Virus record (IMG/VR): IMGVR_UViG_3300032401_000006
Span: 4,848 to 68,847 of that record
DNA from: a virus
Reading direction: 5' to 3' (one strand)
DNA length: 64,000 bases
Part shown: one piece after another, positions 39,076-48,445 of the stretch
Position numbering within the stretch: the stretch's first letter is position 1
How the letters are laid out: each line of letters begins with the position of its first letter
The notes under the pieces: model-generated
Database searches by the model: none
What the model was told of the DNA's origin: nothing
What the model saw: only the letters and a program-made list of their open reading frames with translations
Program-made: the position numbers and the translations under genes

Positions 39076-39384
39076 TTATATTTTTTGTTTGCCCAGCTGT
39101 ATCTTCTCCGTGGCGGCGTGAAGTTCATCTTCCATCCTGGGGTCCAGCCAATACGTAGACTTGGCGAACAGCCCGGCGTCCTGCATCCTGATGATGAGAT
39201 GCTTCATGGTGGTTGAGAAGTGCGCTTGCTTGTAGTCTCGGTTGTTCACGTGCCAGTCATACCAAAACTCACGGTGCTTCAGCAACCAAGTTACTCGCTG
39301 GTCGAACGTCGACAATTTACTGCGGCTGTTTGTTCTTGACATTTTGTTTCTCCCATCGCTTGATGATTTCATATGGTATGCCAT
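39076..39384 (-). CDS. Hypothetical protein
   Basis: 102-aa ORF. Confidence 0.5.
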   Translation of the reverse strand: MAYHMKSSSDGRNKMSRTNSRSKLSTFDQRVTWLLKHREFWYDWHVNNRDYKQAHFSTTMKHLIIRMQDAGLFAKSTYWLDPRMEDELHAATEKIQLGKQKI

Positions 39385-39724
39385 AAGTTATCGCCTTCTG
39401 CACGGTGTCGATCGAGCCGTGCGACTTGAATATGTCTTCGTGAAAGCACAGAACCAGATCTGGATCCATGTCAAGCATCTTGCTGTTGCGTATCGGACCC
39501 GCCATCCTGCCGTGTTTCTCCCACTCTGCGTGCACCACAACGACGGCGAAGCCCAGGGACTCGGCGATCTTTCCTCCAAGCTGATCCGCCCCTTTGCAGT
39601 TGCCGTGAATCACGGTTGACCCGGCTGGAAGTTGTCTGAGCCTCAGCCGTATCGGTCGGGGGTCAAACCAATCTCGACTACCACAGACCACCACACGAAG
39701 AGGTTTGTCACTATTCATGATCAT
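39317..39724 (-). CDS. SLOG/YspA-like (DUF2493-type) protein
   Basis: VVVCGSRDW, IHGNCKGAD, AGPIRNSKML. Confidence 0.85.
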   Translation of the reverse strand: MIMNSDKPLRVVVCGSRDWFDPRPIRLRLRQLPAGSTVIHGNCKGADQLGGKIAESLGFAVVVVHAEWEKHGRMAGPIRNSKMLDMDPDLVLCFHEDIFKSHGSIDTVQKAITYGIPYEIIKRWEKQNVKNKQPQ

Positions 39725-40629
39725 GATGTGAGCTCCTTCACCAAATGATCAGCGGCGCGCTGCCGCATGTCTCCAGGATCACCGGCTATCCTGTAGACGT
39801 CCGCCACCACTTTCCTGGCGCACAGGTCAGCCGCCAGCTGTCTGGCTTGTTTCTGAGCTGGCTTCTCGTTGTCAAATATCACGAACACGCGTTTGAAATG
39901 TTTTGCGATCTCCCGCACCTGCGTCTCTGTGTACTTCGTACCAAACGTGGCACACGCTCTGGGACCGAGCCGCCACACGTCCGTGATCCCCTCGACTATT
40001 ATGCCAGTCTCACGCCACTCGTCCTGAAGTCCGTAGAGGATTTTTTTGTGAAAGACCACCTCCCGCTCCTTCGGGCAGGTGATGTAACGGAGCTGATGTT
40101 GTCCTGTCACGTCGCGTGCCTGAAAGCTCACCTCCGCGCCGTTCCAGAATATCGGAGCGATCACCCTGAACTTGAAGTTCAGCCCGTCCAGCAGCGCCAC
40201 CGGCCCCGTGCCGAGCAGCCTCCACGTGCGCTCAAGCTCGTCGGGATCGAACCGGCGTGATTCCAGGTAGCGGCGGTGAATCCCAGTCATCGGACCGGTG
40301 CTGCTCGGGTGCTTGAATTTCTTTGTTCCGATGCGCACGGGTTCTTCCGTGCCGTCCTCTGCCCTCCGCGGTGCACCACCGTACTGCTTGACGACCGCCC
40401 AAGCCTCGTCTTTGGAAATTCGGAGCAGCCCTGCCACGGTGTCTGCGGTCGAGTGCCCGCCGCAACGCCAGCAGTTGACTTCACCGTTCGGGCCAAAACC
40501 CAAATGATTGCTTGTGTCGTTGCAGAAGCAACACTTGAGTCCGATCCACCCAGGCTTGATGTTCTTGCCAGTCGTGCTGAACTCAATCCCGTTGTTCTGG
40601 CACAGTTTGACTATGTCGAACATACCCAC
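39721..40629 (-). CDS. DNA primase (zinc finger + TOPRIM)
   Basis: CCFC..H..CWRC; IVEGITD; IFDNE. Confidence 0.88.
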   Translation of the reverse strand: MGMFDIVKLCQNNGIEFSTTGKNIKPGWIGLKCCFCNDTSNHLGFGPNGEVNCWRCGGHSTADTVAGLLRISKDEAWAVVKQYGGAPRRAEDGTEEPVRIGTKKFKHPSSTGPMTGIHRRYLESRRFDPDELERTWRLLGTGPVALLDGLNFKFRVIAPIFWNGAEVSFQARDVTGQHQLRYITCPKEREVVFHKKILYGLQDEWRETGIIVEGITDVWRLGPRACATFGTKYTETQVREIAKHFKRVFVIFDNEKPAQKQARQLAADLCARKVVADVYRIAGDPGDMRQRAADHLVKELTS

Positions 40630-40858
40630 CGAATCCCTTCTTCTGCTCGTGCGACATTTTTTTGATCTGGATCTCTAGCTTGAGCGCTTGAGAGTGTGTC
40701 ATGCGGTCGGACTGCCAATAGATGTAGCTCGGTCTGTGGCTGCGGGTGTACTTGCTTGCCGTGCCACGCAGGTGTTCACAGAATCTGCGTACGACGTCGA
40801 GCGCTATTCCCGTGTAAAAGCGCCCGTCGACGCACTTCAAGATGTAAACTTTCCACAT
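40583..40858 (-). CDS. Small GIY-YIG nuclease (copy 1)
   Basis: VYILKC..FYTG..RR..H..SKYTR..ALKLE. Confidence 0.85.
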   Translation of the reverse strand: MWKVYILKCVDGRFYTGIALDVVRRFCEHLRGTASKYTRSHRPSYIYWQSDRMTHSQALKLEIQIKKMSHEQKKGFGGYVRHSQTVPEQRD

Positions 40859-40868
40859 GTCATCCTCC

Positions 40869-41348
40869 TCAACAGGCTCTGAGTGCCTCTCGGATCTGCC
40901 CGACGCTGGACTTGATGTCTCGCCATTTCCAACCCATGTCACGCAGGTGCTTGGACAGATCACCCAGCTCGATGCCGTCGAAGCGGTTTGGGTCGTCAAG
41001 AATCATCTGACACACTGCTCTCGGCTTTGGAGGCAGCGTGTCGATCTGACTCCTGAACTCTACGTCGTGTTCAGTGCTGCTCCAGTATGGAATCTGCACG
41101 CTTGGCTCGACGCGGCTGCGCGTGGCTTTGATCTCACGCTGCGCGAAACTCTCCATCTTGCGGTACGCGACCACGCACACGAACGTGGACACCTTGGCCT
41201 TCCCGGCATCATAGCCGGGCATGGCCTTGACCATCGCCAGACTGCCCTCCGAAAACAGATCCTGCTCTGGAACACCGGTGCGGTTGTGGCATCTGTTCGC
41301 CAACCAGTGCAGCATTGTCAAATAATCAATCATCGTCTTGTGTCTCAT
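40869..41348 (-). CDS. Divergent sigma-70-like factor
   Basis: EQDLFSEGSLAMVKAMPGYDAGKAKVSTF (region 2). Confidence 0.7.
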   Translation of the reverse strand: MRHKTMIDYLTMLHWLANRCHNRTGVPEQDLFSEGSLAMVKAMPGYDAGKAKVSTFVCVVAYRKMESFAQREIKATRSRVEPSVQIPYWSSTEHDVEFRSQIDTLPPKPRAVCQMILDDPNRFDGIELGDLSKHLRDMGWKWRDIKSSVGQIREALRAC

Positions 41349-41375
41349 CGTGTTGCGCTCCTTTTGTTTTCATCG

Positions 41376-41597
41376 TTAAGATAATGGATCAAAGCCAGTC
41401 TTGGCTTTTTCCAACATTTGGATGTAGCGATCGCGTATTGCTCTGAGACCGCGACCATTTTCTCCGTACGGATTGTCTTTCACGTCCTGCTCTGCATCTT
41501 TGAGATAGTGCTCCCAAATTCTTATTTCTCGCTTTTGCTCCGGGGGAGACAGCCGGTGCATAGGTAATGAGAGCCGTTTCATACAGATCTCGTCCAC
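41376..41597 (-). CDS. Hypothetical protein
   Basis: 73-aa ORF. Confidence 0.45.
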   Translation of the reverse strand: MDEICMKRLSLPMHRLSPPEQKREIRIWEHYLKDAEQDVKDNPYGENGRGLRAIRDRYIQMLEKAKTGFDPLS

Positions 41598-42097
41598 AAA
41601 TTGTTCAGTTTGAGCAGCACTTCACCCCGCGGCAGTGGGCAATCTTTTATCCATTCGACCAACTTGACTGCGAACTGCATCGGTATGAGAATGAATTTCG
41701 GTTCTCTGAACGCCTCCCCAAATATGTTCAACCGCAGTGACCCTTTGTATCGTTGCAGCCATTTTCTGCTTGCGTCTTCCCGAGTCCATGCTGCAAACGC
41801 TCTGGCATCCTCTGCAGTGTGCAGCGTCAACGTCATGCCGTCTGTCTCATCGGCGATTTGGATGAAGTCCGTCACCATCGCGGTGTAGACGAATATCTTG
41901 GCGGTCGAACGCCAGCGCAGCCAATGGACCAAGTCAATCACCCGATCTGGAAACAGCAATGGCTCACCACCAGTGATCATGATCTCTTCGTATTTACAAT
42001 GCGTGATCGGTCGGGGTGGTTCATATTTCCAACCCTTGTTGCAGCAACCCATGCAGTTCTTTTCACACTCATATGTGACTATCAACCGCGCTCGCAT
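41579..42097 (-). CDS. Small radical SAM protein
   Basis: CEKNCMGC, ITGGEPLL, VYT. Confidence 0.8.
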   Translation of the reverse strand: MRARLIVTYECEKNCMGCCNKGWKYEPPRPITHCKYEEIMITGGEPLLFPDRVIDLVHWLRWRSTAKIFVYTAMVTDFIQIADETDGMTLTLHTAEDARAFAAWTREDASRKWLQRYKGSLRLNIFGEAFREPKFILIPMQFAVKLVEWIKDCPLPRGEVLLKLNNLWTRSV

Positions 42098-42099
42098 AT

Positions 42100-42849
42100 C
42101 TACTCCTTCTCGCTCTTGATGTGGTAAACAACGGCGGTGGCGTTGTCAGACTTGGCCGGCCGGTTTACCAACAACTCGCTTGCCTCTTTTCCAGCGTCGA
42201 GCTGTTCGATGACCCACCCCAAAGCCAGCGGCAGGCTTTGCCAAGGTTGCGTCGCGTCGATCAGTCCGTCGGTACACACGAGCGCCCAGCTGTCTTTGTC
42301 GAGCGGGACGGAGGCCATGAATGGTTCGTAACTTATGAAGCCTGCCCACGTGTCTCCGATCGCCCGCGTGAGCTGAATTCCATGCTCTCCGCCCTCGGAG
42401 TACATATATCCGCCGACATATCGTTCACCGCGTGTCTCTGCAGCCACGCGCTCCGCCAGGTTGGATCGGGCGTTGTGAATCTCGGATACGAACAACTTCC
42501 CGCCGCGGCCTTTGATCAGCACCGGGGAATCACCAATCGTTCCAACCAAGGCCGTTTTGGACTGTGCAACCACGATCGACAGCGTGGAACCACTATCATC
42601 TATGATATCGTGAGATAGGTCACAGATTAGTTTCCTAAGTGATTGGAGAGTGGTCGATTTCTTGATCTCATTTACTGATTTAAAAACACGATCTCTGATA
42701 CCGATTGCCACTTGTTTTCCGCCGTGGCCGTGTCCATCCATCACGGCAAGGACTTGCTGATACCCGTGGCTGAAGATGATGAATTCGTCTTGCTGTTCGT
42801 AGCGTCCACCGATGACTGAATCTCCGGTGATGGAATATTCTGTCTTCAT
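42100..42849 (-). CDS. PP2C-family Ser/Thr phosphatase
   Basis: QQD, VMDGHG, GSTL, IGDS, LTRAIGD, CTDGL, DNATAV. Confidence 0.92.
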   Translation of the reverse strand: MKTEYSITGDSVIGGRYEQQDEFIIFSHGYQQVLAVMDGHGHGGKQVAIGIRDRVFKSVNEIKKSTTLQSLRKLICDLSHDIIDDSGSTLSIVVAQSKTALVGTIGDSPVLIKGRGGKLFVSEIHNARSNLAERVAAETRGERYVGGYMYSEGGEHGIQLTRAIGDTWAGFISYEPFMASVPLDKDSWALVCTDGLIDATQPWQSLPLALGWVIEQLDAGKEASELLVNRPAKSDNATAVVYHIKSEKE

Positions 42850-42869
42850 TTTGTTGCACTCCTTTTTGG

Positions 42870-44399
42870 TTAGATTTCTTTGATTGTCACCACCTGCTTC
42901 AACTTCTTGCAGTGTCCGACGCGACTCGCAGAGTGCCGCTCCAGCCAGTCATGTGACTCGTCGTAGAAATCAATGTACGTAAGGTGACTCTTCCCCTCAC
43001 TGATGCGCAGTCCGCGACCGAACATCTGCGTGAAGGTGATCACCGACTGACCACCGGCCAGGCTGATCAGCGCATCCACGGCCGGGATGTCCACGCCCTC
43101 GCCAAAGAGTTTTCTGGTCACGATCAGGATGTCGAGTCTCTTCTCCTTTGCCAACTGCTTGATCTCGGAAACGTACCGAAGCTGATCCAACCCTGACAGG
43201 AAATAAATCCTGGTTGCAGGCGCGGTCTTTCGCAGTAGATCAACCATCGTCTGCCCGTGTTCTATCAACTCCACAAACATCAGCACCAGCTTGCCCGTGC
43301 CCGCCTGCTCCAGCGCGAGTCGACACCCCAACTGATTCCTCTTCTCACACTCCACGATCCCTGTCCTGTAAACCTCCAGCCACGAATAGCCCGGGTCGAG
43401 CAGCCGGCGTCGGTCATACTTGTAGAAAGTCACTTCGGACTCGGATATGTACCCCTCGTCCTGGAGCTCGCTCATGGGGATGTTGACGATCAGTGGTCCG
43501 GTGGCCCCTATCAAGAGCATTCCGCGCTTGCGCAGCACCGGCGTGGCAGACAGTCCGAATCGGATCCACGCGTTTCTGAATTGCCTGGCCGCGACGTACC
43601 ACCCGACACGCTTGCCACTGGCCACGTGGTGGCACTCGTCACACATCAGCACCTTGTAGTCATCGAACGGTGTGGTTTGCTTCTTCTCGATCAGCTTGAC
43701 GAGTGTCTGAACCATGCAGATGGTGATCTTTCGCCACTTCTTCTCGCCTGCACCCACGACTCCCACGTCACCCGGGAAGATCTTTTCGAAGACTTCCAGC
43801 GTCTGCTTGAGTAGCGTGCTCGTGTGGACGATGTAGACCGCTGGCTGATCAAAGGCCTTGAGAGCGGCCGCTGCGATCAGCGTCTTGCCGCCCGCTGTTG
43901 GTACTTTTATGACGCCTCGCTTGTGGCGGAGCATCGCCAGTACACACTTCTGCTGATATGGTCTGAGCTCCACGCCAGGTATTTCATACGAATGAAGATC
44001 CACCGATTCTCTGCGCTTGTTCACCGCGTGTGTGAGTCTGTGCAGATTCAGAAGACTCTGAACGGTTGACAGCAGGCCGGTCGGGAACACCTCTTTTTTG
44101 GTCGAGAACAGATGAACCCATCCGTCCCAGCGGCCGCTTCTGTAGTGCGGCTCATACCGGTATCCGGTCGGGTGGTACGACAGCAGTCTGTCCAGCTCGG
44201 CGATCGGGTATGGACCGGCGATCTTCGAGTCGATCGTGCCGACCGTGATAACTGTCTTTTTTGGCACTTTGATCGTTCCTTTCGAGACAAATTTCGAGTG
44301 GGTGGTTGTGGGTGCTTGAAATCGCCTGAAAACACGTGGAGGATCGTCGTGGCTGAGTTTTTGGATAGTGGAGTATAGAGACCTACGTACTTCATCCAA
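42870..44399 (-). CDS. SF2 helicase (UvsW/XPB-like)
   Basis: LRPYQ, PTAGGKT, DECHH, LSATP, QMFGRGLR; true start may be ~44267. Confidence 0.9.
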   Translation of the reverse strand: MDEVRRSLYSTIQKLSHDDPPRVFRRFQAPTTTHSKFVSKGTIKVPKKTVITVGTIDSKIAGPYPIAELDRLLSYHPTGYRYEPHYRSGRWDGWVHLFSTKKEVFPTGLLSTVQSLLNLHRLTHAVNKRRESVDLHSYEIPGVELRPYQQKCVLAMLRHKRGVIKVPTAGGKTLIAAAALKAFDQPAVYIVHTSTLLKQTLEVFEKIFPGDVGVVGAGEKKWRKITICMVQTLVKLIEKKQTTPFDDYKVLMCDECHHVASGKRVGWYVAARQFRNAWIRFGLSATPVLRKRGMLLIGATGPLIVNIPMSELQDEGYISESEVTFYKYDRRRLLDPGYSWLEVYRTGIVECEKRNQLGCRLALEQAGTGKLVLMFVELIEHGQTMVDLLRKTAPATRIYFLSGLDQLRYVSEIKQLAKEKRLDILIVTRKLFGEGVDIPAVDALISLAGGQSVITFTQMFGRGLRISEGKSHLTYIDFYDESHDWLERHSASRVGHCKKLKQVVTIKEI

Positions 44400-44424
44400 A
44401 ACTACGCTCCTCGACGATCCTCCG

Positions 44425-45558
44425 CTAATTTTCTCTCTCTTTTTCGGACAGTACTTTCTTGATGTTCACTTCGACTGCCTTCGGCAGGCACGACAGGTCA
44501 TTCATGTGATGGAGATATGCTTGGATGAGGATGTTCGCGTACTCTGGTGGATTCTTCACGGCACTCTTTTCACTGCTGAGCAGTCTCTGGAAAAACTCCG
44601 CCGTCCAGCCCAGCCACAGATCATCACTCTGCGCGTCGGCCAGCTTCTTCCACTGCTCTCGCATCATCGTGCGCCCCTGGATGCCCATGAAGAGCTGACC
44701 GAGCATGACGGAGTCGTTCCAGCACACAACGCGGTGATTCGGTATCAATCCACGCGTGATGTATCGAAGTGGAAGAACGGTGTTGAAGTAGGTGTTCTCT
44801 CCGTCAGACTGCCAGATATCATAGAACGCGTGGTCGAATTCTCCCTTGCGGACGCTGTGCTGAATGAAGTCGAACAGATCGGCGTGAACTACACTGACCG
44901 GTAGAGGCAGGTGCGGAGCCACCAAGTTGATCACGTCCTGACTTTTCTCCACCACGGTGATCTGTTTTACGTCTGGATTGTTGCAGAGTATATCGTATAC
45001 GACTCCGAGTCCAAGACCACCGATCAAGATATTGCCCCGGAAGCCACGCACGGCTTGCTCCATCTGAAATTGCTCGATCGGTAAATCCGACATCAACGTC
45101 CCATGTTCATAGATGAGCTTGTGCCAGTGCCCGGCTTTTGGAAATCGCACGGCCTTGCCGCGTGGTGCGCCGAAGGTCGATCCACGCGGCGTGGTCAAGT
45201 CGAACGACGCGCCGGCCGCGTAGTGCTCGTGGATGACTTCATGGGTGCCCGATTTCCCCTCGGGGATGTTGAGCAGATTGTAAAACTTTTTCCACGTGTT
45301 GTTGGTTTTCATTTCTCGCTCCTCTTGGTTGGCTGCTCGTTCGATCCGACCGCAAGTCGTGTGTACCTGGTTGCCGCGAGCCATGAAGATCACCCTCTCG
45401 CCCTTGGCAAACGAGTTGCCGCACAGTCTGCAGTGTCCAGAAAACCTGGCTGTCATCGTGGATGGCATCTTATCGCTCCTTTTCAGTGCAGTGAATGTAT
45501 TTCCTCCAGATCCGGCGCTGATTCCAGTAATAGAACCAGCACTCGATTGACCAAACAA
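44425..45558 (-). CDS. SAM-binding Rossmann protein (spermidine-synthase/methyltransferase-like)
   Basis: ILIGGLGLG, VVEKSQDVI, HAD, YDIW; start uncertain (45468 likely). Confidence 0.75.
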   Translation of the reverse strand: MFGQSSAGSITGISAGSGGNTFTALKRSDKMPSTMTARFSGHCRLCGNSFAKGERVIFMARGNQVHTTCGRIERAANQEEREMKTNNTWKKFYNLLNIPEGKSGTHEVIHEHYAAGASFDLTTPRGSTFGAPRGKAVRFPKAGHWHKLIYEHGTLMSDLPIEQFQMEQAVRGFRGNILIGGLGLGVVYDILCNNPDVKQITVVEKSQDVINLVAPHLPLPVSVVHADLFDFIQHSVRKGEFDHAFYDIWQSDGENTYFNTVLPLRYITRGLIPNHRVVCWNDSVMLGQLFMGIQGRTMMREQWKKLADAQSDDLWLGWTAEFFQRLLSSEKSAVKNPPEYANILIQAYLHHMNDLSCLPKAVEVNIKKVLSEKEREN

Positions 45559-45630
45559 TCTTGGCCAGGACGATCACCACCAAGATGCCCGCACTGAAGA
45601 TCAGAATAACGAACGTTGCATAACTAGACA

Positions 45631-45987
45631 TCACTTCACCTCCGTCCAGAGTTTTGCGAGCCCGATGGCTGTGAACTTTTCGTGTGTTTTGAGCACGGTG
45701 GACATGTCGACCTGAACTCCCAATTGCGCGGTGGACAAAGCAGCACTGAATCTGCTGATGTTTCCCATCTCCCACTTCAAACGTGCAAACTCTTCCGAGT
45801 CTTCACCGAAGTGGAGCATGACGGCTCCGACCGCGGCACCGAACTGGTCATCTTCATCCGTGCAGACCCAATGCCCCTTCGTGATGGACATCGCTTTGCG
45901 GAGGAGTTTCTCGATCGATCCTTTCATGTCCTCTATCGCCAGCACGGCTTCCGTGAGTGCGATGTTGAATGTCGTTGGATTATTCAT
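45631..45987 (-). CDS. Hypothetical protein
   Basis: 118 aa, RBS AAAAGGAGCG. Confidence 0.6.
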   Translation of the reverse strand: MNNPTTFNIALTEAVLAIEDMKGSIEKLLRKAMSITKGHWVCTDEDDQFGAAVGAVMLHFGEDSEEFARLKWEMGNISRFSAALSTAQLGVQVDMSTVLKTHEKFTAIGLAKLWTEVK

Positions 45988-46223
45988 TTCATTCGCTCCT
46001 TTTTATTGTGTGAGAGTTGTTTGATCCGGCACTCCATCCGGAGGGCTTCCGAATGGGTCATTGGTTCTGAGAGATGATAAATGCAGGCCGGGCGGTGGCT
46101 CCTGGTGTACTTGCTCGCCCGGCCTGACAGGTGCTGCCGCCACCTCCTTTCTATGTCTGTGGTGATTCCGGTGTAGAACGACCCGTCCTGGCACTTCAGG
46201 ATGTAGACTCGCCACATCCTCAC
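45984..46223 (-). CDS. Small GIY-YIG nuclease (copy 2)
   Basis: VYILKCQDGSFYTG..SKYTRSHRP..ALRME. Confidence 0.85.
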   Translation of the reverse strand: MRMWRVYILKCQDGSFYTGITTDIERRWRQHLSGRASKYTRSHRPACIYHLSEPMTHSEALRMECRIKQLSHNKKERMK

Positions 46224-46660
46224 TCCTTCCTGGCCACGACCGAAAAGCCACCGTAGTACCCGTTGTGCTCAACATGAGTGACCATTGTAAATACACCCTT
46301 GCTAGTCGTGATCTTCAAAAACTGAGTTTGATGTTCTTCTGAACTTGGAATATCAGGTCCGTCTTGTACCCTGATGTCTTGTAGAAATGTCCCGACATAA
46401 TATGGGAGATCGTCGTCAGTGGACATCCAGCGGGATTCACAGCACGACTGGCCGGCGTCAAGAATTCCCATCTTATATCCGTCCGCAAAGACGAAGTGCA
46501 AGACGAAATCCTCACCCAAGAATAGGGCGGCGATTTCCTTGCCCATTCCATTTCTCAAAGCCTCAATGGATTCTTCATTTCCACCGAGCATATTTATCAT
46601 CACACCTAAACCAAGCTGAGGCATATCATCTCCTTTTCTTTTGGCACAGGCCGGGCACAT
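46220..46660 (-). CDS. Conserved-looking phage protein
   Basis: QSCCE..TTSKGVF..HNGYYG. Confidence 0.65.
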   Translation of the reverse strand: MCPACAKRKGDDMPQLGLGVMINMLGGNEESIEALRNGMGKEIAALFLGEDFVLHFVFADGYKMGILDAGQSCCESRWMSTDDDLPYYVGTFLQDIRVQDGPDIPSSEEHQTQFLKITTSKGVFTMVTHVEHNGYYGGFSVVARKE

Positions 46661-46870
46661 GTCCAGGCTTCACCAGTACCCTCCCACATGGGCAGCTAAT
46701 CAACAGCGCAAGCGAATATGGCAGGCACCGAATAACAGCCGGGTTCTCAGGCTGATCTAACCAGCCTGTGCCAAGATTAAACTGGGGTAGGGGTCCCGGC
46801 GGACATTATCTTGACTCTGGCTCACCCTGTTTAGTCCCTGCGGCGGTCACCCCGCACGGCCCCAACTATT

Positions 46871-48289
46871 TTAGATATTGAAAACCGCACTGAAAGCAGC
46901 TCCCTCATTCTCGTCCAGCTGGTCGAGTAACATGGTAACGCTATCGGAAAATTTCTCAGCGTCCTTTTTCATTGTCTCGCACCCGCCGATCATGATGGTG
47001 TAGACGTTCACCTCCTTCTCCTTTCGGACGGTGTTGTACTTCTTCAGGTACTCGGCGGAGCAACAGCAGTCGCCGTCTGTGATGAAGATGACGTCGGCCT
47101 TCTTAAACTCCGTGACTTCGAGCAATTCAATTGCCCGGGTCAGCGGGGCCTCAAACGACGTGCCCCCACCTGTCCCGGCCGACAACATCGACATGAGATC
47201 TTCCGCCTTGTGCTCTCCTTTCAAAATGGTGATCTCGCGGATGCAAACGGTGTTAAAGAGTACCATAACGAAGTCCCGCTTCTGTTTGCGGGCAATCGAG
47301 TAGAGTGCCAAAGCACAAGCCTTCGACCAGGTATCAGGTGCTCCAGTCATCGAACTCGAACAGTCAATCTCCACGATAACCGGCCCCTGGGCTTTTGGTT
47401 CCTTACTCGACATTTCATATTGCACAAGTTCCTGTTGCGAAAGCCGCTTCAGGAAAAGTGTATGAAGGGATTTCCGCTTCGAAACGAAATAAGCAAACTC
47501 CGATGGGACAACCGACGTCAAGTCATCCCCTTGCTCTATGCCAGTAATCTCGGTGCGGAAGTAATTGATCTTCTGACGCTGCTTCTTTTGGGCAATGTTT
47601 GTCATCCGTCCGGCAAGACGGATGATTTCTTTCAGCTGCGGATTATGCTTCAATGCCGAAGCGACCCTAAGCTTGTCATCCGCTGAACCTGCTTCTATTG
47701 AGGAGCCCGATCGCCCCCAGCCTAACGCGGCCATGCCAAGTTCTGAATCCGCGGCATCGCCTTCGGCCTCAGCACAGGCCCGTCGGACTGCCCCGCGGAT
47801 GTCATCGGCATACTCTTCGATTTGAGTGTTTAAGGCTTGTTCGGCCTTTTCCAACTGTTTGAATAGGTCAGGCACGTCAGCCGGATCACCATCCCCGTTC
47901 AAAGCCGCATCCAATTGCTGGGCGATCTGTTCCGCTTTTTCCTGCTCCTCTTTCACCTCTTCGGGCAAGTTCGTCCAGCACTGCTTGACAGCTCCGAGAG
48001 CCCCGATGGAATTCTCTTTGTCCCCTTTGGTATAGTTCCGAAGCTGTTCAAATTCCTTCAGCTGCATTATTTCCGAGATGACCCGAGCATTCAATTTCCG
48101 CTCCGCCGGAATGTCCGGCTTGATCTCGGGTGCATATTTGATGAAGCTCGAGTACCCATCGAGGAGGAGATCAGCCATAGCGGCCGACTTATTCCCGGCC
48201 TCCAACTGTCGGACCAGCCCCGACCTATCTTTCATCGAGACATAGGATTCAACATCCATTGAATCCGCGTTCGTCACTAGGTTTGGCAT
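46871..48289 (-). CDS. VWA-domain protein (ViaA-like)
   Basis: MIDAS DCSSSM, GGTSF, ITDG. Confidence 0.9.
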   Translation of the reverse strand: MPNLVTNADSMDVESYVSMKDRSGLVRQLEAGNKSAAMADLLLDGYSSFIKYAPEIKPDIPAERKLNARVISEIMQLKEFEQLRNYTKGDKENSIGALGAVKQCWTNLPEEVKEEQEKAEQIAQQLDAALNGDGDPADVPDLFKQLEKAEQALNTQIEEYADDIRGAVRRACAEAEGDAADSELGMAALGWGRSGSSIEAGSADDKLRVASALKHNPQLKEIIRLAGRMTNIAQKKQRQKINYFRTEITGIEQGDDLTSVVPSEFAYFVSKRKSLHTLFLKRLSQQELVQYEMSSKEPKAQGPVIVEIDCSSSMTGAPDTWSKACALALYSIARKQKRDFVMVLFNTVCIREITILKGEHKAEDLMSMLSAGTGGGTSFEAPLTRAIELLEVTEFKKADVIFITDGDCCCSAEYLKKYNTVRKEKEVNVYTIMIGGCETMKKDAEKFSDSVTMLLDQLDENEGAAFSAVFNI

Positions 48290-48445
48290 AACACTCCTTC
48301 CATTTCTGTATTTCCCGTGATTTCCTGGGCGGCGAGCAGGCCGAAAAACTCTTCGGGAAGCCCCTTCCCGTCAATTTTCTGGCCTGCTCTCATATAATGA
48401 CCTCAGTTTTTGGCAAAAACACTGCACAAAGCAGATTTGACCGGT

